From positions 13,144,001 to 13,208,000 of the forward strand of contig NC_135820.1 of assembly GCF_964213995.1 (NCBI RefSeq): a stretch of DNA of 64,000 bases. Reading direction: 5' to 3'. Position 1 is the stretch's first letter, and every line of letters starts with the position of its first letter. The notes beneath the pieces were generated by a model. It did no database searches, was not told where the DNA came from, and was given only the letters and a program-made list of their open reading frames with translations. The translations under genes and the position numbers were made by a program. This document shows positions 41,200 through 53,750 of the stretch, piece after piece. Origin of the DNA: Mustelus asterias. Its lineage: Eukaryota.

Positions 41200-42850
41200 A
41201 GGCCTCCTTTCTTTAAGCGGCATTATTTGATGAGGAATGGTTATTGGTGGCGCGGCACACATTTGATCTTCAAAACTTTTCTCCACTGAGAAGGTGATGG
41301 AATTTTATTTTGCGGATTTTGACCCACAAAATATCGTAAACACATCTTGCTTTTCAGCAGTAAGTACCAGAGCTTCCATCAATCAACTGTGAATGAAAGA
41401 CGACAAATGTCCATGTCAGAAAAGCCTGTCCTTTCGAGGTGATTTTGCAGGTGGTGCATTGGTTATGTGACTGCTGCTTCTGACAATCTATGCACCACAG
41501 GACGAGCTTTCAGAACGCTGTATTGATGGAATTTTGAAAGGTTGTTGCACTGATTGTTGAACGTGGTGTACGCTGCTGACGATGAGTGACGCAAGTCGAG
41601 GGAGAAATGTTCTTCAACTGCTGAATGTAGCTTTGATGAAGCTGGGCATTATGACGAGTATTTCATCGTGACACTGGACAGTTGTTAGCTCCGCGCTTAT
41701 CTGGACAATATATGTGGGTCATTAACTCAAAAGATAGAGTTAAGTACACTTCTTAAATCATTCAGCATTTCCATAACATGCATGCATTTTGCCTTGTGAA
41801 TTAAGGACGGACATTGAGGAGTCAGAACATCAGCTAATCGCAGCAGAGCTCTGATTCCAAGAGCTGCACTTTCTACCATTATAATTAGAAGGCATTTTGA
41901 CTTTGCATATAGCCAAAAAACACCCAGATGTTAATGACAAAGGTTTTAGGGATGGTTATGAAATTGAATGTCAATAGAGAAAGTTAGATACACACGTTAC
42001 ATCTGCGTATGTTGTTAGCTGTGTGGCAAGAACGGAAAGAACCAAAAATCCAAAGCAGAATATAACCTATTGTCATGCTTCCGATTGACACAAATCTTTC
42101 CAGTTTTTCAGCTGCTGAACATTGTGAAATCATCGACGTATATCCAGGTAACTGAGTTTGCAATGGACAAATTTCATTGATAGAGCAACAACAATTGGTC
42201 AAATGTCGGGGGAAAGAAGTGTTAAACTCATGAAGATACATCCTGGGCGGTAATTGCTGTGATTTAAAGAAAACGAGTATTGCATTTGTGCCAATTAGAA
42301 CTCCAAAGGTTTGAAGGTTCTCATTGACTCTCTCCACTCAGCACATTACTTACTGATTTCTTGGGATTTCTATTTTTCTGTCGTTTCCAGACGCCATATT
42401 CTGATAACTGCTGCTTTGATTTACACTATGGTTACTCTGTTTGCTGTATTCAACCATGTTGTTTATGTCTGTCCGAACTTTACAGCTCAAAACAAAACAG
42501 AATCTGAACACTGGAGAACCTGCTTTGTTGTGATGGTGAGTTGAATGTCCCTGTTTATAGCACCTTCGATCAATCTGATGCAAACCGAAAATTGCTTGAT
42601 GGGGCAGTCAATGTGTATACTGCATGTTGCATGTTTTTATGAACATTACAGCTTTCCTCTTTGCTAACTGGTGCCAGTTGTACAGTTGGACAGGAATGGT
42701 TTTGCTGGACTAAGTTTAGGTCTTGTGCATGATTATTAAAGGCAGCTGCTTAGTTGTTCATAGATCACATAAAGTTTACTTGATCCAATGCTGTCAGCCG
42801 CTAATTAACATGCCGGAGAATGACACTCATTTGTTTTATATCGAATGTTC
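41200..42850 (-). mobile_element. Highly degenerate LINE (L2/CR1-like)
   Basis: Residual resemblance to shark LINE 3' regions as I recall them. No long ORF. Confidence 0.45.
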
Positions 42851-43639
42851 CATGCCTCAGGAGAATGTATATGTGGGTCATTAACTCAAAAGATAGAGTT
42901 GAGCACACTTCTTAAATCATTCAGCATTTGATTTTTCACCAGGATTCACGGCCGTCTTTAATAAAGGATTCAATTGCTTGTAGCCTACTACTCACCAATT
43001 TGTGTAACTTTCCCTATCATTAATGGATGGACATCAGCTGTGCAATCAATGTACTCTGTTTATTTGTTGTTGAACTCACAAATAATGTTCTAAGTAGTCT
43101 AGAGGAGGGTACCAATGTATTGTCCATGAGCAGAACCAAGGTGATCCCTATTACATGTCTCTTCGCATCCAGGACCTGATAAATAAAATCGTGCGATCAG
43201 AGTAACGTGACTGCAAACAGTGGAAATGAATCCACATAATGGCAGAGCTATGACAGAAAAAAATGAGTCTTTGCAACACAGTATATTTTATGGTAGGAAT
43301 GGAATCAAATGTTTGCTGCCCGCAGTAAAATCATGGAGAACATGAAGTGAATGACAGTGCTGAGAGGGACGACTGTGTAGAAATGTTGTCACTGGCGTTT
43401 ACTCTCGAGATCCAAGATACTTTCAAGGGACACAGGATCGAATACCACCGCAACAGATTGTTGATTTTGAACTGAATATAAAAGAACAAAAACCAAGAGC
43501 GACTCCCATGATGTAAGCACATGTGCGACTGCATTTCCACGAGATCCCGCGGAACTCAGCATGACAGAACAGGGCCGCAGTAAAAGTTAATGGGAAACGC
43601 ATTAAATATTTAGAAACCGAATCCTTGTGACCGTATTCC

Positions 43640-46030
43640 TTAAAGTGCAGCGTATTTGCAATGAAGCGGATGTATTAATCACGCAATTAGATATAAACGG
43701 GTCTGATATATTTGGGGTTAAGGAGATATGAGACAGAACGACTTTGGATAGGAACGCAGCAGCCATGGGTTTCACGATTGAGGACGGCCTGATTGAAACG
43801 AAAGGCGTTGGACATGCACTGCAGGTTGAAGAGGAAATTAACGCGTTAATGACAAATGATACTCTATCGAACGATGTGAACTTTGTAAGCTTGGATCTGA
43901 GAAACGCGAATATACAAAAAAGAAACGTTATTGGGGATATTATTTCGATCAGCAAACTATTGTTTTCCGAAATTTCAATGGACAGGAAATTAGGGACACG
44001 TAAGGTATAGGAACATCTCTAATGCTATGTGTCTCCAATCCACATTTTGATTTGGAAATTCAACTTTATCCAAGCACTGGACAAGGTAAGGTAAAATGTC
44101 TGGACTGTTTGCTGGATACATTTCGGCCCAAATATGTTCACGTTCAACAGGAGAAAAGGTTTCCCTGGTGTTGTCTTGTATAACGAAAAATGAATCATTG
44201 ACATTCTTGATGCGAGAGATTACTGGGTGATAGGTGATACATGATATGGTAGAATCCTTCCCGAATATGGGAGTGACATTGTTGATTTTAAGTGTAGATC
44301 TGGAATCATAATGACAGAAGCTAAAATTGTATGAGGCATAAATTGGCTATCATTTGATTGAGAAACATTTCATGAAGGGGAGATGGTACATAGACAATGG
44401 CAAAAATTAATGAAAAGCATTGGGAAACTGTAAACATTGTTTGTTCCTATCCGGTTCAAAAGTAAAAATAAAGGAAAAATAGAAACATAGCCAAACCATG
44501 GTTTACAATTGGAAGTATAGATGATATTAGCTTCAACTTCAACAAGGTGCATAAGAATGCCAGGACTAAACAATAGACCCGCAAATTGGGGAAAGTTTTG
44601 AATTCAGCAACGGAAGACCTGGAGTTCGCTTGAGAAGGGAAAAATAGAGCGGGGGTGTTAAAATTGACTGCAACATTTTCTACAGTAATGTGATTTTGGC
44701 AAAAACAAATATCGATTCCTGACAGTCAGCAGCAAGAATTTATAATTCTGAGCAAAGTAATGGCTGAACAACAAAATGTATACTGTGGCTCTATTTTGAA
44801 TAGATGGATAGGAGCAGCACAGCAGAAATGATCAGCAAACAGTCTTTAGGGTTGGAGAGAACTTGGGGGAAATCAGTGTTAGTGGGTAAATATTGTTGGG
44901 GGATTGATTTTTTGAAGGCCAGTAACTCTACAAAACGAGATAAATTACATGCCAGACTACTTAAAGTGGCGCAGGAAATCGAGCATGCACGTGGTTAATT
45001 TGAAACAATTCATATTTTTTGGAAGGAGGCGCTGAAATAATGTAATCCTGTTCAAGGTTCAGTCTAGTGGGCCTAATGAGGAGGAATAATTGCAGGCAGT
45101 TCATGTGGAATTTTAGAAGGCTATCAATAACGTCACAAATTACTGAATGGATTCTAAAATTAAAGAGGTAGTATATGACATGAGGAGCAAACTGGTTGAG
45201 ATCCACGTAACAGTGCACAAGAATAAAATCGTACTTATTTGAATTGGAGACGTAAACTTGAGGAGGGCACAAAGCTGTGTGTAATGGTAAGCTGTGAGGG
45301 AGATTCAGAGACAATTCGTTGTGACTTAGGCAAGCTGGCTTTTGGGCAAATGGACTGCATAGACAGCACAATGTGGACAAATGTGAGACTCTCCCATTTG
45401 CTAGCAAAAACGTGAAATAATATTGTTAACGACTTTTTAAAATAAATGCATCTCGTGGAATGAGTAAGGAGACATGTGTCTCATCATGCACCGTTACCAA
45501 AGGTAATATGTAAATGTTATGCTGGCCTTCATAGCGTGAGAATTCGAGTATGTCAGCAGGCATGTGTTGCTTACAATATATAGGTCGTTGCTAAAGCTAG
45601 CCCCGGAATATTTTATGACACATTCGTCTGCTGACCTGGGCAAGGCGTTTTTTGGCAACAGCGAGAGTGGAGCAAACTTGATAGCAAAATGTTCCCTGGG
45701 ATGGCGAACGGGTGTAAGGGACTGGTTGAGGTCGTTAGAAATATCATTGCAAGAGTGCTGAAAATTGAGTGGCATTTCGTAGTTTTACATACAGCCCCAA
45801 GAGAACTAGACAGCATAAATGCTGGAAGGTTCTCTACTGTGATGGGGTGTGAAGGATCAGGAGTCATCGCCGAAAGATAGGGGGTAAGCCTTTTTGGACT
45901 GACATAAGGATAATGTGCACCCCTCGCAGAGTGAAAGCCTGTGAAATTCGCAACAGCACAAAATCCGCTCTTGATTTGGAAAATGAGCCAACATTTTAAT
46001 GAATGGCGGAACAATATCACAGGGCCGTTG
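43640..46030 (+). mobile_element. Highly degenerate CR1 ORF2
   Basis: Residual endonuclease N-terminus (GVGHAL, ~43800), WQM.FN..KCE-like region (~45340-45390) and RP.LEY-like region (~45600). Confidence 0.6.
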
Positions 46031-46569
46031 CTGATTTCTGCAAGCATAAAATTCCATGCTGATGAAGTAGTCTTTACGTTTTACTTGTGAAATATGCATT
46101 TATTAATTATTCATTTAATTTTTACGTTAGTATTTCTCGTTTCCTTAATTTATGTAAAAATGACGCTGTGATTTTTCCACTGTTCCTTTATCTAAGGCCA
46201 ATTAAATAATGGATTTATATCTATGGACATGGGGAATAGTAACATTCTGAGATTTCTCATCGTAATTTGCAGCAGAGAACACTGAAATTGTAAATGTAAT
46301 TTCAAGAGTCTCCATTTCAGTTCATGTTTTCTATATTCCAGATTGAATATTGCCCCTGTGACTGACATGCAAATTAACACCAGTCTGATTGGATTACCTT
46401 TCACGGAATGAACAGAAGGCAGCTATGTTCCAAAACAATAAATTCTATCGAATTATGTTTCTTCTTCTCTTGAATTTCTCAAATGAATTCAAGTCAATCA
46501 TGAAGGTGGTCATTTGGCGTTCAAGTCAGACGGCAATGATCTATGCAAAAAATCGAGATACGATCTACG

Positions 46570-47161
46570 GAGACCTATAAAACATGTGAAAACGTAGTAC
46601 TGGACAGAGTTAGAGATCGAGGATAGCCACAAAGACTCGCATCGACTGTGGCAAGTTCTTCAAGAAAGAACAGTCTACAAGATGATGGCATGTTTGAAGT
46701 TGGGCAACAATGCATCCTGCTCCGGTAGCTCAACCGTTTTGAGCAAGAGGTCAGCGAGAGCACATGTTCCACCCCGGAAGCCTCGGACGAATTTGCATCC
46801 GAGGTCACCATCTCAGACGTCGGAACAGCCTTCTCGAAAGTCAACCTGCAGAAAGCGACTTGCCTGGAAGTGCTACCCGGACTGTCACACAGATCCTGTG
46901 AAGAACTGCTGGCGAGGACAATTTTAGAAATCTTTAACCTCACTTTACACCAACCAATACCCCTTGATGTTACAAGAAGACGATCAACGTTCCTGTACCA
47001 TGGGAAACCCAGACAACGTGCCTTTTTAACTATTGCCAGTTAAGTCCAACATTATGAAGTTCTTCAAATCATTCGTAATGGCACAAATAAATTCTGACCT
47101 CCAAGATGGCCTGGATCGAAGACTGTTCGCCTTTCGACATAGACGTCAGCTGCCTGTCTTA
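46570..47161 (+). mobile_element. Rex1/Babar- or L2-like LINE, left part (interrupted by the ERV)
   Basis: FYxRFE-like segment, KVN.QKA, IFNLT and LDRRLFAFRH (compare LDPLQFAYR). Confidence 0.75.
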
Positions 47162-47759
47162 TGTTCTTTTTTTCGCAAGACTCTTCCGTCCTCGATACAA
47201 AAGCAAACACCAACCGTTGTCAGAATCAAAGTTCCCAATTTGTCCTACATATGTAGGCTGGCTAAGCTTTACTACTTAACCTCCACTCAGTCCTGGAAGT
47301 CAGTTAGTAAAAAGCACACGAAGCAACAAGGCTGACCCCTTTTATACAGTTTACAATCCCATCAGGTGGATTTGATTTCAAACAAGACTGAAACGGACAT
47401 CATCTGATTGAATAAAAAATGTCTGGACTAAAGCACACATCACCCGATTCAATCTAAGACGAGTAGTTACAGGAATTGCTGCATGAGAAAGAACATCCTA
47501 TTAAAATACGCATTTACTACTTACAACCCCCACGCATCAGAACATTAGCATCATGTCTTTAGGATACACCATTTGTTAGCGCAAAAGAGAACATTATCAC
47601 GTACTCAGCTAGACTCGCACCCCAGCCGGACTCAGCAAGCTGGAGCCGTTGGTTAACCTGTTTTGTCAGTTTGCTCCCATGATCTGTTTCTCTGCCGTTC
47701 GTGCAAACCCAAAAGTTCACCTTGCCCTCTACAGTAAACATTAACTCTTTAATATCTCA
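47162..47759 (-). repeat. 3' LTR of the ERV
   Basis: Begins TG directly after the PPT. TATAAAA at ~47345-47339 and AGTAAA poly(A)-like signal at 47273-47268. Ends ...AAGAACA; this end is inferred because there is no second LTR to compare. Confidence 0.8.
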
Positions 47760-47771
47760 TTCCCTCCTTTT
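47760..47771 (-). promoter_or_regulatory. Polypurine tract
   Basis: AAAAGGAGGGAA between the env stop and the TG of the LTR. Confidence 0.88.
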
Positions 47772-47803
47772 ATCATTCCATGATAATTAACTCGTAAATC
47801 GTT

Positions 47804-49050
47804 TTACAGGGGGCCGCTGGAAGAACGGGAAAAATAATTACATAGGCATTTGAGAAGAAATAAAATGACCAACCCGACCAAGATAATGATTCCTAGGTGT
47901 ACTATCATTCCTCCCAGCCTCCAAATATGTTACCAAACGGCCAGCAACCAGGGGGGGTTGTAATTATTGAATGTCTGCTCTTCTGTTCTGATCGTATCTG
48001 CTGTCTCTGTAATGTGATTAGCTAGGCTTGTTATATTTTGGGAGGAATCAGGGATATAGGTGCAACACTCTGTTCCCACTAAAGTGCATATACCTCCCGA
48101 TTCAGCCAGAAGGGCTACCGTTCGGATGGCAATCACTTACTCCGATACCTCAGATATCGCCGTGCCCCTAATTTCCAGACCGTCTGCTGTGTTATTGGCT
48201 ATTTTCTAGAGAGTTGAGGCCATGTTGATCAGTTCTCGGGAAGCTTTGGCTGTACTGTAGAGAGGGAAGGCAATCATCTAAAATCGTTGGGTTTCTGTGA
48301 TGGCCCGTTTTGATCTCAAAACGTGTATCTTGGGGTGGAGGCGTCGGGAGTCATAATGTCGGACATAGGGGACCACTTACGCTAGATAGCAAGATCCTGC
48401 CCAGTCCCAAGGGAGCCATGGATAGGCGTTGTTTGCGCAGGCAAAATAGGTAGAATTATACGTAATCATGTCGTTCAGTAGTTTGGCATCTATCCTTAGT
48501 TGGGCAGTACCGTTGGAACACTCAATTTTCAGCATGTCCCTTTGGTGGCCCTCAGTGACATTGAAAGTCCGGGTACAGCTGCTACGGCCTTCTGGCTTAG
48601 TCCCATTTCCAAGCATTCATACGGATTCATTCTGCTGATTCATGACAACAAAATGGGGTGGGGAGTCCAACTTTTCAAATTTGAGTTTGAAGCTATGAAT
48701 AAGGGATGTCAGGTTACAGCCAGCAGTTTTCAGAGTCGAAACGTCACCCGTAATATCTACTTGGTAGTTACCTCCAATAGTCTGGGACCCGCTTCGTCTC
48801 CCACATTTAGTCCCGTTTTGATGCAATATCCATCCTATAGTTTCCTGTGTGGATAAGGGGACGGGGAACAAGGGGATCTCTCCTTTGGTATGGGTCGGAA
48901 TATGTGAATATAACGAACACTTACTCAGGTTTGACTGCAATGCATACAGATAAGACATGTACAGAAAGGTATTAGAGTGCAAATGTCCATTGGTCGTCCT
49001 CGTACCAGAGGGATAGCCGAAAGGCTGAGGATGATGGGAATAAACTTCAT
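47804..49050 (-). pseudogene. env: ERV envelope (gamma-type), disrupted
   Basis: Signal peptide MKFIPIILSLSAIPLVRG from ATG 49050, furin site RSKR, CX6CC (CTLVGTECC) and TM anchor IVHLGIIILVGLVILFLL. Contains stops and frameshifts. Confidence 0.92.
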
Positions 49051-49074
49051 GGTTTTTCGGTAGGTACTGGTGTC

Positions 49075-51715
49075 CACCGTTTACAGTCACTCAGATGTAT
49101 CCAACGAGGTTGTCCTTGAACCTTGATTGCAATTGGTGTCTGGAGGAGAACTTGGAACGGTCCTTTCTACCGTGGCCCCCAATTTTGGGTCGATCGCAGT
49201 TCTTTATCAGCACAAGATCTCCTATCTGGCGTCCAATGAAGTCAGTCTGTGGGTCAGGATCTGGCTCCGTCCGCTCGTTTGGTCCAAAGGCGCACTGTAC
49301 CTGTGAATGCGTAAACTTAAAAGACGATGTTAGCTGGTGGACGTACTTCTGCATTTCGTCACCCATAATGTGTAAATCTATCTGCGTGGGCGGGCTCGTA
49401 TTTGCACCCCAGGGCGTTCTGCTTGGCCTACCGGAGACTATTTCTGCAGCCGATAGTCCGGTGGTCGAGTGGAGTATTATTCAAATGTGGTAGAGGGCGA
49501 AGGGGAAAACATTGAGCAAATTTAGACCGGATTCAGATGTTAGTTTGGCTCGCTTGGCTTAAAGGGAGCCATTAGCTCTTTCCACTATTCCTGCTGCTTG
49601 GGGGTAGTCGGCACAATGGAACTGTTGCTGAATGTGTAGTATGTCGCACAATTCCTTATGAATTTTTCCGACAAAGTGGGGACCATTGTCCCACCTAATC
49701 TGTTGGTGTATGCCAAATCTGGGTATAATTTCTGTCAATAATAATTTTACTACTGTAGAGGCTTTGTTATTGGTGGTGGTGCAACGGCTAAGTATATCAA
49801 CGATCACAAGACAATATTTGTAGCACTGTACACGCGGTAATGTTACAAAATCTAACCGGCTGCAATCAACTGGGCCACCTGGCAAAGGGGTGCGACCTTG
49901 TGCACACCTGAAACCTTGGCCGACATTATTCTGGTGACACATCAAACATGACATAATATGGGATTGGGCTGCTTCATTTAATTGCGGGTGCCACCAGGTG
50001 CGGAGCAATATTCCACACATAGCCTCCTTGCCGAGGTGCGTATCTGAGAGCAAGCAATCAAGCAATAAAGGTAATAATGCATCAGGTACACAAACTTGGC
50101 CGGTTCGAGAAAGCCACAGGCCTGTTGACACAGAATGCGACCATCCATGCGTCTTCCAAAGGTCTTGTTCGGAAGCAGGGGCATCCCCCTGTAAGCGCTG
50201 AATAGTGGCGATAACTGGCATGCCCGGCGTGTTCAAAGAAAGCGAGCGATTTATCACCTGCTTATTCATGGACGGCATGACTGTAGTGCGAGAGGCGGCA
50301 GCGGCCTTGGCGGCACGATCAGCCATTGCATTACCCTTAGTGACCAATGATGAGTCCGAAATGTGGGCTACAAACTTAATAACAGCCAATTTTGCGGGGA
50401 GAAGGATAGCCTGTAGTAGGTTCTGAACAAAAAGTGAGTTTTGGATTGGGGAACCCGAGGAGGTAAGAAAACCTCGCTGGTTCCATAACTTACCAAAATC
50501 ATGGGTAACGCCAAAGTCGTAGCGAGATTCAATGTAGATGTCAGCAGAACGGCCAGCCGCCAGGATGCAAACCCATCAACATAAAAGGTGAGGTCCGGTG
50601 AGGACAAAGGGTTATCACTTAGGTCGGGGCGAGGGGACGTCAGAAAATTGTTCCTAAGGAGGCAATCATGCATTGGATCGGGGAGCTCTTCCGGTGGCGC
50701 AGTCAGAAAGATAGCTGGATTGACGGTGGAGCGAAATGAAAACGTCAGGAGTCCGTCGTTGATGAGGGCTACCTGACATCGATTCAATCGTGCCTGCGTG
50801 AGATGCTGAGTTTGATGGGAGGTGAGGAGAGCAACAACTGCATGTGAGGTAAAGATGGTAATTGGCTGGTGAAGAGTAATATTAGCGTCAGCGGTTACCA
50901 ATGAATAGATGGCAGGGAGGACCTGTGAGCATGGTGGGAGACCCAGAGCAACTGGGTCGAGGCGGGTGGAGTGACAAGCAACGGGTCGTCGGCAGTCACC
51001 ATGGTCTGCGTGAGGACTCCCCTGGCACAGCCTTCCATAACGCTCACATAAAACTGAAAAGGCCGTTCGTAGAGCGGACGCCCCAGCACAGGAGCAGATG
51101 ACCGGATTCCTTAAGGTCCCTGAAGGCTGGTGACGCAAGAGGGGCGAGTGAGAAACTTTTCGCGGCCGTAGAGGAGGCCAACGGGGTTAGCAGCTTCGTA
51201 AAGAGAGTAACATTACGGAATCATTGCCGACAATAATTCGCCAGTCCTAAAAAGGCCCCTGATCTATTTGGGGGATGAGGGAAGTGCCGTCATCAGAATA
51301 GGGTGAATTCGCTCGGGTGTCAGGGAACGCTGCGAAGCACTAAGAAGTGTGCCAAGGAATTGGACCTGTTGCTGAGTGCGTTTCACCTTGGCAGCTGGGA
51401 CCACATACCGCCAGGAATGGAGAGCGTTAAGAAGCCCATTAGTTTCCGCAACATTGGCGGATTCAGAGGGACTGGCCAGGTGAAGATCATCGACACATTG
51501 GATGACTGTGGAACCATCCATTAAGTTGAGTCTCTGCAATTGCCGGTGCAAAATGTGCGAGAAGAGAGTCGGGGGATAGACAAAACGTTGGTGCAATCTG
51601 GTCCAGGTGTATTGTGGCCCCTGAAACGTAAACGCAAACACATACTGGGATTCTTGTGCCAAGGGGATAGCAAAGAAAACATGTTGAACGTCCACTAGAG
51701 TAAAACCACAGGACT
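49075..51715 (-). pseudogene. pol: ERV pol 3' part: RT palm, RNase H, integrase
   Basis: DVQHVFFAIPL, QYTWTRL and QCVDD (YxDD). YVDG and GNAMAD..AKAA. HHCC, D..DNG..ERANG and C-terminal PFQVLL.TP.AIKV...WIH. Confidence 0.95.
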
Positions 51716-53402
51716 GGAATGTTAACCGAATATTAACGATCGAGTGTTGGTAGGAGGAGAGGTACTCAATACAATTATTGTTACTAGAGAGGCAGTGCTT
51801 GGTAGACTAACGGGACTGAAGGTGGAAAAGTTCCCACGCCCGGATGGAATGCATCCCAGGGTACTGAAAGAAATGTCAGAGGTAATAGTTAGTGGTTATT
51901 TATCAAAATTCACTGGAATCTGGGGTAGTGCCAACTGATTGGAAAACGGCTATTGTTACGCCGCTGTTTAAAAAAGGAAGTAGACAAAAGGCGGGTAACT
52001 ACAGGCCACTTCGCTTAACGACTGTAGTTGGAAAAATGCTGGAATCCTTCATTAAAGAAGAAATAGCGGGCCATCTGGATAAGAATGGTTCGATAAAGTA
52101 GACGCAGCGTGGATTCATGAGAGGAAAGTCGTGTTTGACGAACTTGCTGGATTTTTATGAAGAAGTGGCTAGTGCGGTTGACACAGGGGAACCGGTAGAT
52201 GTGGTGTTTTTGGTTTTCTAAAAAGGCATTCGAAAAGGTGCCTCACAAAAGGTTGCTGCAGAAGATAGGGGCACATGGAGTTGAGGGTAGGGTGTTAGCG
52301 TGGATTGGGGATTGGCTATCCAACAGGAAGCAGAGAGTTGGAATAAATGGGTGCTTTTCTGGTTCACAGATGGTGACTAGTGGCGTGCCGCAGGGATCGG
52401 GGCCTCAACTGTTTCCTATTTACATTGATGATCTGGAGGAGGGGACTCAGTGTAGGGTAACAACGTTTGCTGACGACACGAAGATAAGTGGGAAAGTGAA
52501 TTGCATGGAGGAAGTGGAAGGTCTGCAGAGAGATTTGAATACGCTGTGAGTGGGCGAGGATCTGGCAGATGGAGTATAACGTTGGCAAATGCGAGGTCAT
52601 TCACTTTGGAAGAAATAATAGCAAATTGGATTGTTATTTAAATGGAAAAAAATTACAACATGTCACTGTGCAAAGGGACCTGGGGGTCCTTGTGCATGAG
52701 TCGCAAAAACTCAGTCTGCAAGTGCAAAAGGTGATCAAGAAGGCAAATGGGATGTTGCCATTTATCGCGAGGGGGATAGAGTATGACAGCAGAGACGTCT
52801 TGCTGCATCTGTACAAGGCATTGGTGAGGCCGCAGCTGGAATACTGGGTGCAGTTTTGTTCCCCTTACTTGTGAAAGGATATCTTGGCCTTGGAGGGAGT
52901 GCAGAGAAGGTTCACCAGGTTTATACCGGAGATGAAGGGTTGTAGATTATGAGGAGAGAATGAGCAGATTAGGTTTGTACTCGTTGGAGTTTAGAAGGCT
53001 GAGGGGTGATCTTATAGATGCATATAAAATAATGAAGGGGCTGGATAGGGTAGAAGTGGAGAGATTATTTCCACTTTGAAAGGAAACCAGAACGAGAGGG
53101 CACAGCCTCAAAATAATTGGGGGTCAGTTTAGAACAGGGTTGAGGAGGAACCTCTTCTCTCAGAGGCTGGTGAATCTCTGGAATTCTCTGCCCACTGAAG
53201 CGGTGGAGGCTACCTCGTTGAATACGTTTAAGTCACGGATAGATGGATTTCTGAACGGTGGAGGAATTAAGGGTTATGTGGAACAGGCGGGTAAGTGGAA
53301 CTGATTCACTTCAGATCAGCCATGAACTTATTGAAGGCGGGCCAGTCTCGAGGGGCTAGATGGCCTACTACTGCTCCTATGTCTAATGTTATTATGTTCT
53401 TT
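51716..53402 (+). mobile_element. 5'-truncated CR1 inserted in the ERV RT, GACT target-site duplication
   Basis: NYRPL.LT, GVPQGS, FADD and QLEYWVQF motifs. GACT at 51712-51715 and 53403-53406; removing the insert restores in-frame PPES-CGFTLVD. Confidence 0.95.
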
Positions 53403-53750
53403 GACTCTGGGGGGATGTGACAGAGGATAGTGGCGGGATTGGGAACGATAGGATGTAAGGGTTTCAGAATCTTGTTAATTTGACGGAGGTCCTGTACTAA
53501 ACGCCATTCACTTCGACCAGGCTTTGGAACCGGGAGAATGGGAGTATTACACGGGGATTGTCACGGCACCAAGATGCCTTGTTGCACGAAGGAAAGGGTA
53601 AGGGAGCTAACACGTTCCTTGGCCTCGTGTTTTAAGGGATACTGGGGAATGGAAGGAAGTTGGGCGGACGCATCTACCTGAATTACCACAGGAGAAAGAC
53701 TGGTGAGGCCAACCTCATGTTTGGAGGCAGACCAAAGAGCCGAAGGCGGC
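53403..53750 (-). pseudogene. pol: ERV pol: RT N-terminus
   Basis: LWS.....VG, PQYPL, SPCNTPILPVPKP, WRLVQDLRQIN and VPNP. Confidence 0.95.
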
